This document shows, piece after piece, positions 45,936-56,500 of a DNA stretch of 64,000 nucleotides. Source of the stretch: a virus; the IMG/VR virus record IMGVR_UViG_3300037520_001276, positions 20,397 through 84,396 of that record; one strand, given 5' to 3'. The translations under genes were made by a program, and so were the position numbers. Every line of letters begins with the position of its first letter. The stretch's first letter is position 1. The notes under the pieces are model-generated. The model saw nothing but the letters and a program-made list of their open reading frames with translations, was not told the DNA's origin and ran no database searches.

Positions 45936-48908
45936 TTAGTTCGTACAATTTATATCTATATCAACACCAATGTTAATATATAAAGTTTTATCAGTGAAAC
46001 TATCATAACAAGTAGTATTACTAACTATTAGATTATTTCCCGCCAAATAATAATTTAAACCAAAACTATATAAAGTATCTAATTCGGTTTCTATTCCATT
46101 TAATATTTCCGTCGTTGTTGGTGTTTCATCACCATATCCCGTAAAAAATGGACTCTGTATCAATATGTTATCATCTAATCTGCAATCAATGTACCACGTA
46201 CTAATTACGCTAGTTTGATCACATTGTGATTGTGTATACCCACTTGATGAGATTAGATCGTTAATTGAATCATTTAATATTTCTTGAGGAAATAGTGGGT
46301 TTGAAAGGTTTGTTAAATTACAAGTTAAAGTCTGATCAATACAATCATATGTGAATAGTTGTCCATTGTAAGTACAAGGAATACAACTAACAGGAATGAA
46401 TACACAACCTCTTTGTCTTCTCCAAACTACTTTTTGTCTATGGAAAACCGAGTTATCCATTTTTTGCCCTGTCATCCAAATAGTAGTTGCAGGAACTACT
46501 TGTTCTAATAATCTTTGCCAATAATCACCTAAACCTAACGTAAAATCAATCATTTTTTGATATGTGAATTTATTGTTAGGTATTCCAACGGTTTCTTCTG
46601 ATTGTAAGTATCTCCAAAAAATAGATTGTAATGTTGGGTATCCTCCTGTTTTACCATCGGATATTGTCCACCTGTTTCTCACATTAATAAAATTATTATA
46701 AAAATTTTGAGCAAACTCAAAAAATGTTTTTTCTTTTGGTTTCGGATTAATATAGGTCCAATCAATATTACCAGGTGATGGGTATGGTGCGGTTAACCCT
46801 GAATTTGGTATTGGGTAATCGTATTGTACTGACATGTCCCAAACATCATACGTGATACCTTGACCCATATTCAAATACGCTTCTATTATTTTTGTATTTA
46901 AAACTAACTTGTCGTCATCTGCAAAATAATTAGCCCCATTAAAGTTACTATCAACTCTTCTATTTTCAGTATTAATTTCCCAAGACTTTTGGTTATCTAT
47001 TGTTTTCGTTAATTCAAACCCGAACGTACCCATTGATGGGAAATTTCTAAACCTTTCTAAATATTCTTGACCATAAGTAAATGGTTTCAAATAAGATATC
47101 AAATATGGATTTGCAGGATCAAAAGAAGAATTTGCGGTGTCTGCAACTTCATCCGATCTATGTTCAGGTGTTGTTTCAAACCAACCACTACCTAATTGAT
47201 AATAAAAACTATCGTTATTTGCTGGTGGTTTTGGGTACCCTTCTTTATCGGTAGGAAAATCTGTCGGTACTGAACTTACTAACCCTATACTTGCAGAAGT
47301 AGTAAAACCTGAATATGTTTTCCCTAAAATACTAAATGTATTTGTTGTGTCTAATGCCGGTACAACATCTAATAATGTCCCTCCAGAAATAGAACTATAT
47401 AGTTGATTAAATCTATCTATATTTATTTTAGAGTCCGCAAGGTAAACTATTTCATTTAATTCTATTAATGCTTCAGGTGCCCCAATAAATCTTAAAACAT
47501 ATTCTAAAGATTTTCTTGTACCTTTTGATTTGAACATATATGAGGCATTTAAAATTAAATTCCTATAATATTGAAAGTTTAATTCCGTTGGTGTGTCGGG
47601 TCTTGATTGTCCCGCATAAATTTGAGTCGCATCAGGATTAAAAACTGATGTTAAAAAATTTTCGTTAGTTATTGGTGATATGTTTGGGTTTAAACCTAAT
47701 GTTTGAGCTAAATTTGTAAGAAGTTGTGAAGGTATATCATTTTCAACCTTATAATTAACTGAGTTCATAAAAGCAAGAGCGTCTATGAATTTTTTAACTT
47801 CATCAAAACTTCTTCCGTAAATTTGTAATATTTTTTCTATTTTTTGATCAGGAGTGTCAAACTCAATAAATGCCCCTGTTATTAAAAATCTATTTATTAA
47901 ATTTGTTTTATATGTGTCTAAAGCATTTGCTATTTTTTGTAATTTAGAAAGATATGTATTAAAATTTTGAGATGTTATATCTAAATTCCAATAAACATCT
48001 TTTTTCCAAGTAAGTCTTTCATTATATGTTGTATAGTTACCATCACCATCATAATCAAAGTATTTGAAGTTAGAGGTGTACATAGGTATTGTTTTTCTAT
48101 TCAATAAAAAATCCTCAATCTCATCAAAACTGTCCGTAAAAATTTGTTCTGTAACTAAATTATTTGGTTTTATGATTAAAGTTTCGTTTGATTGCGTAAC
48201 TATTGATGTTTTGTTTTTAAACGGGTCACCTTTAACGATTAACGATACTGTACCTCCAGATATTGATTCTGTTGGTATAAAATCCAATAGTTGGTAACTT
48301 TCGTTTAAATCTTTAAAATATAAAGAATAACTTGTAAAGTTATCAGTTATGTTTCTATATTTTGAAACCCCCAAAGGTCTTGTTTCAATATTTCTTCTTG
48401 CATTTACTGAATAATCAATACCAAAAGGATTACTAAATAAAAAAACATCAACGTCAAATGATGTTTCATCGTCAACACTATCATAAACAATATTTGTTGC
48501 TGTTGGTAATGATGCTATTGATGATTGATTAGAATACACCTCAATCGCAGCAGGAAAAAAGTTAATTATTTTAGTAACTGAGGCTAATAATCTTTTTTGT
48601 AATGATCCATAGAGAGCAAAACTAGTAACTTGTGATATATCAAAATTAGGATAAACTTTAAAATTTTTTTGTATTATTTTTTTAGTTTCTTCTATATTAT
48701 CAATTTTTAGATTTTCTAAAGTATATGGTTCAGAAAATATACCCGTATCAAAATTTCTATTTACCTTTTCATAAATTGCGGTAGTAAATTGAAAATTACC
48801 TTGCGTTAAACCTCCTCCAGCAACAATTTGTAAACCAACTATTTTGTCAGAAAATGTTTCTGTACCTCCTGGAGGTGCTGGTGGGTATGAAAATCTTAGT
48901 TTAGCCAT
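45936..48908 (-). CDS. Baseplate wedge-like structural protein
   Basis: LTNLAQTLG and FKSKGTRKSLEYVLRFIG motifs typical of baseplate wedge proteins; gene context. Confidence 0.65.
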   Translation of the reverse strand: MAKLRFSYPPAPPGGTETFSDKIVGLQIVAGGGLTQGNFQFTTAIYEKVNRNFDTGIFSEPYTLENLKIDNIEETKKIIQKNFKVYPNFDISQVTSFALYGSLQKRLLASVTKIINFFPAAIEVYSNQSSIASLPTATNIVYDSVDDETSFDVDVFLFSNPFGIDYSVNARRNIETRPLGVSKYRNITDNFTSYSLYFKDLNESYQLLDFIPTESISGGTVSLIVKGDPFKNKTSIVTQSNETLIIKPNNLVTEQIFTDSFDEIEDFLLNRKTIPMYTSNFKYFDYDGDGNYTTYNERLTWKKDVYWNLDITSQNFNTYLSKLQKIANALDTYKTNLINRFLITGAFIEFDTPDQKIEKILQIYGRSFDEVKKFIDALAFMNSVNYKVENDIPSQLLTNLAQTLGLNPNISPITNENFLTSVFNPDATQIYAGQSRPDTPTELNFQYYRNLILNASYMFKSKGTRKSLEYVLRFIGAPEALIELNEIVYLADSKINIDRFNQLYSSISGGTLLDVVPALDTTNTFSILGKTYSGFTTSASIGLVSSVPTDFPTDKEGYPKPPANNDSFYYQLGSGWFETTPEHRSDEVADTANSSFDPANPYLISYLKPFTYGQEYLERFRNFPSMGTFGFELTKTIDNQKSWEINTENRRVDSNFNGANYFADDDKLVLNTKIIEAYLNMGQGITYDVWDMSVQYDYPIPNSGLTAPYPSPGNIDWTYINPKPKEKTFFEFAQNFYNNFINVRNRWTISDGKTGGYPTLQSIFWRYLQSEETVGIPNNKFTYQKMIDFTLGLGDYWQRLLEQVVPATTIWMTGQKMDNSVFHRQKVVWRRQRGCVFIPVSCIPCTYNGQLFTYDCIDQTLTCNLTNLSNPLFPQEILNDSINDLISSSGYTQSQCDQTSVISTWYIDCRLDDNILIQSPFFTGYGDETPTTTEILNGIETELDTLYSFGLNYYLAGNNLIVSNTTCYDSFTDKTLYINIGVDIDINCTN

Positions 48909-49816
48909 TAACTAATAATATTTGTAAAATTCTTACTAAAATCAATGTTAGAACCTCTATCTTGTCTAACTTCATAAAGTAATTCATTAAAGTTATCCCT
49001 AATTTCAAATAAGTTATATTGTTTATAGATATTATTAGCACTATCGTATAAGGTATAAACACCATCCTCAACACTTTTAGTTTGATTACCATAAAGAGCA
49101 ATCGCAATAGTATCTAAGTCATGTTCAGCCATTTGTATATCAATCGTTACTGGATTAAAAAACGTGTTAGTAATTATGATATTTTGATTTGGTTGACCAA
49201 TAAATGGGGTTGCGGTTGGTTTATTTGTTGGTGACGTTGATGGTGAAAGGGTACAAAATATTAAATCGCTACCTCCATCAACATATCTATATCTTATTGA
49301 TTTCTGTGTACTATTTGTTTGGTCTGTTAAAACAGGCTCACAGAAAAAAGAAGATGTAATAATTCTATAAAAATTTTGTATTTTACTACCGTCTATATTT
49401 AGATACTCAACTCTATAACCAACTAAACCTTGATTTGTGAATTTGTTTCTAAATGCTATCGGCACGTTGTTAAGATCAATAATAATCCCTTTAACATTAG
49501 GTAATGATGACAATACCCCACAATCAGTAATTGTGGTTCTAATCTCCGCAGGTCTTATATATAAAGTGTAAATACCTATTTTATTAAATTCAGAAGCCGG
49601 TAATTTTAAATTATAAAGTCCTCCTAATATTTCAACACCATCATTACCACCAGTATCTGAATTGTTAAAATATGGTGTTAATATGGTTCTAGAATTTAAT
49701 TTTTTTAATGTGAAATTTGTGGTCACGTCTCTTGATTCTGTATAATGCAATATTATATCAACGTCTTCCGGTGAAACGTCCGCAGGTCTTACTGTACCGT
49801 ATGTTCCTAATGCCAT
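48908..49816 (-). CDS. Virion structural protein
   Basis: 302-aa ORF in the baseplate operon; TATTTAT at 49828-49834. Confidence 0.65.
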   Translation of the reverse strand: MALGTYGTVRPADVSPEDVDIILHYTESRDVTTNFTLKKLNSRTILTPYFNNSDTGGNDGVEILGGLYNLKLPASEFNKIGIYTLYIRPAEIRTTITDCGVLSSLPNVKGIIIDLNNVPIAFRNKFTNQGLVGYRVEYLNIDGSKIQNFYRIITSSFFCEPVLTDQTNSTQKSIRYRYVDGGSDLIFCTLSPSTSPTNKPTATPFIGQPNQNIIITNTFFNPVTIDIQMAEHDLDTIAIALYGNQTKSVEDGVYTLYDSANNIYKQYNLFEIRDNFNELLYEVRQDRGSNIDFSKNFTNIIS

Positions 49817-49848
49817 TTTTTTATTTTATAAATAGTTTATCTTTTTTT

Positions 49849-50937
49849 TTATATGGTGTTAATCTTGAAAAATCCGTATCCGTACCTAACCATGTCACCA
49901 GTGTTATCAATCTCACCTAATCTTTCTAATGATTCAAATGGTGAGTATTTTCCTCTATCAACAAAAACGTCCGCCTGTATTTGGGGGTCCATAACAAAAT
50001 CTAATAATAATTCATTTTTAGTTATTGCCGATGATACTATCATAGTATCTGTAATACCTGAAGAATTTATAACAAAAAACGTCTTTCCGTTTGGAAAATC
50101 AAAATAAGTTATATTATCTATGGTGTAAGCAGTATAATCATTTGTTATAGAGTCTATTTGACCAAATAAATTATTATTTTTAAAAAACTGATACCCTACT
50201 GTATATTTTTGAGATCCGTATCTTCTTAATTCACTTAATTTTGATTTTGTAAATCCAGATATTGTGAAAGGAACTGTTGTAAAATTATCTGATGTTTGGG
50301 CGGAAATTGAGTTATCACTATCTCCTTGAAAGATGGTCTCTAAATTTACGGTTTGTGTTGGCCAACTACCACCCATAGGTAAATAAGTCACTAACCCATT
50401 GGGATTATCAACCGTAGCTCCTGATAGTGGTATAGAAATTGGTTTTTGAACAATGGTTGAACCGAACCGATTTGATCCTGAAAGTGTTATTGTATAATTA
50501 CCACTAACATTATATGTGTGATCTAAGTTATCGTTTGGTATGTTTTCAAAAGGAGACCCGTCTCCCCAATCAACTTTGTATGTTGTCTGATTTAAAAACT
50601 TTTTTCTTATTTTTTCTGACGTATTTAATAATCTTACTTGATACAAATTAAATGGGTTGTATCCTGAATATAAAAAGTTAGTTATGACGTTTTGTTGTTG
50701 GATTAAACCATCAAATTCGGAGTATATTCCAATATCATTATATGATTGAGTTAAAAAAATAGGTATTGTTAATCCGGTCAATAATGAACTCCCATTTGTA
50801 CCACCACTCAAAATCTGTGACATACCACTATAAAGACCAAAAGTATCAACGTCGGTCTGTCCTGTGTATGATTTTAAAAATATATCTCCCTTTAAAACTT
50901 CAGGAGATACTCTAATATAAATTTTATTTTCGTTCAT
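49849..50937 (-). CDS. Structural protein with PKD-like domain
   Basis: VDWGDGS...HTYNVSGNYTITL. Confidence 0.7.
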   Translation of the reverse strand: MNENKIYIRVSPEVLKGDIFLKSYTGQTDVDTFGLYSGMSQILSGGTNGSSLLTGLTIPIFLTQSYNDIGIYSEFDGLIQQQNVITNFLYSGYNPFNLYQVRLLNTSEKIRKKFLNQTTYKVDWGDGSPFENIPNDNLDHTYNVSGNYTITLSGSNRFGSTIVQKPISIPLSGATVDNPNGLVTYLPMGGSWPTQTVNLETIFQGDSDNSISAQTSDNFTTVPFTISGFTKSKLSELRRYGSQKYTVGYQFFKNNNLFGQIDSITNDYTAYTIDNITYFDFPNGKTFFVINSSGITDTMIVSSAITKNELLLDFVMDPQIQADVFVDRGKYSPFESLERLGEIDNTGDMVRYGYGFFKINTI

Positions 50938-51791
50938 ATTGGATTTACATACTCATACCAGTTTATGGGGTTTGTTGTCCCTTCCCCTACTCTAACATAA
51001 ATAAAATTTGACTGATTTGAAGGGATCTCTTTATAAACACTATATTCGTAATTTTCATAATCAAAAAAAACTTTATAATAAAAATATTGACTCTTATTAA
51101 AATCATATACATTAGGACCTAAAAAACTACTTTGTGGTGTATTCATCATTCTAACAAATTGTCCTTTTTTAGCATTAAAAAATTTACAACTCATATACAT
51201 TTCTGTTTGTGATAAAAATGATTGGTTTTTTAACCAATAAAAATAAAAACCTTCTTTATCGGCACCTATCGAATCTAAAATCATGTATGGTTTTTTAACC
51301 AATACGGTTAAGTTAGGGTTACCAAAAAGTATTCCTGGTTCTTTTTCTCCTTGTTGTGTTGGTAATACGACTGAAAAAAGTATTTTTTGATTTTCAGTGG
51401 TATTTCTATCATAGAAGTCCAACTTATAAAAACTTTTTTTAAATGAGTTTGCAAAATAATAAATTTCTTCATCTAAAAACCCTTCGTTTTGATAATCATC
51501 TAACCATTGATTTATGTTTGGGGGATTAACTAAAAAATCTGTTTGCCCTTGTTGGTTAAAAAAATTAAATTTATAATGTATTTGTGTTTTTGTTGTATCG
51601 TTTTCCCAAGTGGCATGACTAAATCTGGTTGTTTCAAAATCACTTATAGGGTTTATTATTTCTTCTTTTATTTTATTTGATAATTCATCAATAGCCTCGT
51701 CTCTACCCGACATATCAAAGTTAATTTGAATGGGTATATTAATACTTTTATCTTCAGCATTAAAAGAAAATCTATAATTACTCACACTCAT
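50934..51791 (-). CDS. Structural protein (hypothetical)
   Basis: 285-aa ORF in the operon. Confidence 0.65.
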   Translation of the reverse strand: MSVSNYRFSFNAEDKSINIPIQINFDMSGRDEAIDELSNKIKEEIINPISDFETTRFSHATWENDTTKTQIHYKFNFFNQQGQTDFLVNPPNINQWLDDYQNEGFLDEEIYYFANSFKKSFYKLDFYDRNTTENQKILFSVVLPTQQGEKEPGILFGNPNLTVLVKKPYMILDSIGADKEGFYFYWLKNQSFLSQTEMYMSCKFFNAKKGQFVRMMNTPQSSFLGPNVYDFNKSQYFYYKVFFDYENYEYSVYKEIPSNQSNFIYVRVGEGTTNPINWYEYVNPI

Positions 51792-53520
51792 CTCTTTCTA
51801 TTGTATTAAGTTGATTTGTTTGTACAAACATCCTTCTAGTTATTGGGTATTGATTAAATAGTATATTTGTAAATGGGTAATGGGCTCCGTTTAGAAAAGG
51901 ATAATTAACACCTCTACCATCTCCATCAATAAAACCATAAGTATATATATCTCTCCAAAAAAATGTTTGTTCTGTTTCTGAAAACCAAGCATAACTTGGT
52001 AAGTTGTCTATCTCACCTTTTTTACCTGTTTCAATATCATCACTAAAAACTCTAATAGTGATTTCGTTATGTGGTTTATAAACATAACCACTTGGTAAAT
52101 TTACAGGTGAACTGTCCCATAATAGGGTTGGGTTAAACGAGTACTTATGATTTATATTAGATAGAACATATTCATTTTGTTCAAAATCATTATATTCACA
52201 AAAATCACCTTTAATCACGGAACCTAATGGTAATATTTTATTAAAATAAAAATTTAATGAATTAACAGTATAACTATCAAGTGGTATCTCATCTTTATTA
52301 ACCGTTGATGAATGGTTCCACCAGTTATCGACAGAATTTTCTAAAAAGTTAAAGTCCCAACCAATATCAATTCCTGTTGGTGATCCATTAAATGTAAGGG
52401 CAGGTGGATTAAAATACCCCATATACCCTCTTTGTACTATTGTATAAAATAATTTTGTTAACGGTTTTCCATTATTATCTAAAAGACCTTCAATATTAAC
52501 ATCTTTAGAAAAAGAAAAAGAATAATTTTGATTATCATCTTTAAATGAAACTCTTTGAATGTTATTTGGTGTCAATGCAGAGTACTCTAACTTAGATTTA
52601 ACATTAAACGCATTTCTATCAAACCCTGTTTTAAAAACATCTAAATCTTTTATTTCGGTTAATGTTTTGTGTAATCTTATATAATATCTTGATTTTGTTT
52701 CGGCACTATTTGTTGTTGTGATAATCCTTTTAAAGTTACCGTAAGTTCCTGTTTGTGTTTGTGATGGATTAAATTTTTGATTATATGTTGTAAATACATA
52801 TTTTTCTGAATTATATGTCCCATCACCAACCGAATATACTTGAAAAACTTTTTTACCGTCAATACCTAATGGTTGTGTTGGTAAATTAATTTCAAAAAAG
52901 TCACCTATTCTTAGGTTGTGTTTTGTTGCACAATAAAAATATAAAACTTGAACCCCGTCTAATTGTCCTGTATCTATTACAAAGGGTATACCGTCAGAAA
53001 CTAAAAAATTGGCATTTGTGACCCCAAATTTTTCACTTGTCCATGACATTCTTTGTGTTGTGTCACTACTAAATGGATATGTTATATACGACATCCAATT
53101 ATACGTTGCCGCACTTTTAGCAACAAAAGGAATGTGCCCATTGATACCTTGCTCCCTATAAAAAGTAAATTCATAAAATTGTGGATAACCATCCCAAGGA
53201 GTGTTTGGGTTTTGTGATTGTGAAATTGCGTTATTAATTTGATTTGTGTAATATAAATTATTTTTATATGGTTCGTATTGTGTTGATCCGCTAAGAGTAC
53301 TTTGAAACAAATTTACAATTTTACCAGACAATCTAAATACACTACACTTATTTCTTTCTTGATTAAATTGTTCAACTTGGTTTACTAATATATTTCTTTC
53401 ACCTTCAACCATATCTCTTCTTTCTCCAGCAAGTGGCACTTGTATCCATACAGGCTTATCGGTACTTGTTGCAAATCTTTTTGATCCTAAAACTATTCTT
53501 GTTTCATCTTCTTTTGACAT
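51778..53520 (-). CDS. Structural protein (hypothetical)
   Basis: 580-aa ORF in the operon. Confidence 0.65.
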   Translation of the reverse strand: MSKEDETRIVLGSKRFATSTDKPVWIQVPLAGERRDMVEGERNILVNQVEQFNQERNKCSVFRLSGKIVNLFQSTLSGSTQYEPYKNNLYYTNQINNAISQSQNPNTPWDGYPQFYEFTFYREQGINGHIPFVAKSAATYNWMSYITYPFSSDTTQRMSWTSEKFGVTNANFLVSDGIPFVIDTGQLDGVQVLYFYCATKHNLRIGDFFEINLPTQPLGIDGKKVFQVYSVGDGTYNSEKYVFTTYNQKFNPSQTQTGTYGNFKRIITTTNSAETKSRYYIRLHKTLTEIKDLDVFKTGFDRNAFNVKSKLEYSALTPNNIQRVSFKDDNQNYSFSFSKDVNIEGLLDNNGKPLTKLFYTIVQRGYMGYFNPPALTFNGSPTGIDIGWDFNFLENSVDNWWNHSSTVNKDEIPLDSYTVNSLNFYFNKILPLGSVIKGDFCEYNDFEQNEYVLSNINHKYSFNPTLLWDSSPVNLPSGYVYKPHNEITIRVFSDDIETGKKGEIDNLPSYAWFSETEQTFFWRDIYTYGFIDGDGRGVNYPFLNGAHYPFTNILFNQYPITRRMFVQTNQLNTIERDECE

Positions 53521-53524
53521 ATTA

Positions 53525-56500
53525 TTATCCGATATAGTTTGTTATGAATTTATTAAGAGCCGTCTTACCTTTATTTAAACCAAAATAGAAATGAAATGGT
53601 GCACCCACAACAAAACTATCACCTGTTTGTATAGTACCCGTCCAATTTGGATCGTTATTACCATTTACGTCTGAATTAAATATATATCCTTTTTGTCCTG
53701 TTGGTGTCGTATTAAAGTACCTAGATGCTGGTGCGTATTGGAAACTCATTGATTGGTATTTGTTAGAATAAAAAGCATTGTTTGCAACAATTACATTTGT
53801 ATACCATTCATTATTGTCGGTACCAAAAATTGTTTGTTGTCCTGCAGTTGGGTTTGATGTCCAAAGGTACATTGGTACTTCTTGTGTTTTAGTATAACCA
53901 AAATAATTTAGTAGTGGTGGTGTTAATGAAAATGTTAGTACACCAGGTGAGAGTACATTTCTACTAGCAGTATCTGAAGAAAAGAAAATACCAAATACAC
54001 TATTAAAAGTACCTCCTTGCACATATAAATCATTATCATCATATTCCTCATCACCAAAAGGAACAACACCAAACTCAGAATTAATACTAAACATTTGTGC
54101 AATATCACCATCCAATCTATCGCCGCTTCTTGAGAAAAATCTATTAACCGATTTATCACCCAACCCTAAAGTATCTAACCAATAGTTTTTATTAACAAAT
54201 CTTGAAATTATAGCTAAGTTAAGTACGTCTCCTTGGTCGTTATAAGAACTACTTTCTAAGTTTTTCATTAAATACCCTTCAAAATTGGGGTTAGAGCAAA
54301 TTTCTTTTGTGTATAAATCTCTTGGACCTAAATCCATTATTGTTGTTGGGAAAAATAAATTTCTGTCATTGTTAGCTCCAAATGGTACTTGAACATATCC
54401 TCCAAACCCAAGAGGTTGGTACTCAGGTCTCTGTCCTACAAATGTTTGTTGGTTTCCGTTATATGGTGAAGACCTATAAAAAAAGGAGTTAGTTGTTCCT
54501 GAAGTATAAAATAAAGTACCTTGACCTGACCTAAAAAACGAGTTTGGCATACCACAATACTTATATTTTTTTGGTTCTCCCGCAACATTAAATGTTGTTT
54601 GTTTTTTAAATGAAAACATATATAAAGAACCATTTAACCAATTGTTTTGAAAAACTTGCGAAAATATCCCACGACACGCGGCATATGTTACCCTAAACCT
54701 TGACCTCCATTCTCTAAAATATCTAATATCGTTAGGTATAGATACGATTAATGGTTTATCAACAAAGAAATAACAACCACCATCAACCCTACTGTCGGTA
54801 TTTTGACCTAATAAATTATCAATTGGGTCTGTACACGGTGTTTCAACACCAAAATTATTACCGCTACCAGAATAACATGTAATAGGAACCATCCCTTCAC
54901 ATGTTAGGGTATTTAGTATCGCATCAGTATACGCATTACTGGTATCTCCGCTTAAGTCTTGAGCATTAAACGTATTATCTGTTGCCTCAAAATCATTAGA
55001 AGGTATTGCAACAGAGCTACCCTGATCATCTACTGTATAAATTTCAAAACGATTATTTAAATGTAATGAAAATGAAGTATTACCTGAAACCTCCGTAACA
55101 TCAGATGTTGGTAATCTGTCCGATCTAAATACTAGTCTATTATTATTAGTTACCGTAATATTTGGATTTGATCCGTTTGTGTGGTATGCAAATGAATAGA
55201 CTCTAGCATTTTCAAAATCAGCAGTTGGTGATCCTTGAAAAGTTAATCCAGGTACCGCAATCAATGTACCCCCTTCAATGTTTCCTTGATCGGTGTTTGG
55301 AAAAAGATCGTATGTCGGTCCTGAAGTTGTACACAAAACCGGATTTAATTGTATCGTACCAAGAGAGTCAGTTATTAACACATAATACGTGTTAGTCCCA
55401 CTTAATTTAGCAATAAAATAACCGGAACTATCGTATGGAGTGGTAAGGTTAGAATTCGTATAAAGTTTGGTAACGGTAGGAAAAGCAGATGGTCTATTAG
55501 CGTAGAGTGGATTCGTAAACGCTAAAGGATCTATTGTTGCCGCACAGGCATCAGGCTGAAATGGATATTGTATTCCATCTGTTAACCAAACGTATTGATT
55601 TAGTGTTGATGGTGTGTGTCCAAATTGGAACCCCATTTTATTTAGTGGTGTTTGATCTGTTGTCTTAAATGCAGGTGAATAAACACCAGTACCGTTCAAG
55701 TAAAACCCTAATGTATATAAATCACCATAATACGCAACACTACTTGTGGTTGATTTGTCTGTTGAGTTATAATAATATGGGTTATTATTTGTAAAACTCG
55801 AAAATTGTGTTGTATCAACATTAAACCCAAAAGGTTGGTGGTATAGGGATACATTAGTGTTGTTAGTCACCAAATGTGATTCTGGTGATTGGTTAGAATT
55901 ATACCAAGAAGGTGGTGTTGGTGATCCGTTTGGTACTGTGTTTGGTTGTATTGGTACATTCAAATAATAACTACCTTCAACAATAGGTCCCGAACCAAAT
56001 GAAGAGTATCCAAACAATTTAGATAAATCGTATTTTATATTTTGTTTATCAGTATATGGGTCAACACCTCTTGATAAAATCAAAACTTCTAAATCATTAA
56101 ATCCATCAAAATTTCTAATAGAATACACATAACTGTCATTTTGTGTTGATGTTGGAAACGAAGGCCAATTTTCTAAATATTGTGTTTTTCCAAACAAATA
56201 CTTATTAAGTGCACCACCAAAAACTGAAGGATTAGTTATTGCTGAAAATTGACTAACAGTTCCTCCTGTTATTAATTGGAAGTATTCTAATCCTGACTTA
56301 AATTTATATTCCTTACCATCAGATGTTATATTTAATTTTAAATTTATTGTTTGTATATTACCCGATTGATCGATATACGTTAATGGTTTATTTACTAATG
56401 CGTTTGTGTTATATGGTGTTGATCCCGTTATTGTTGTAGTACCAAATTGATTTCCAGATGTAAACCCTGTAATATTTGGGTCGTTAATATTATCAACACT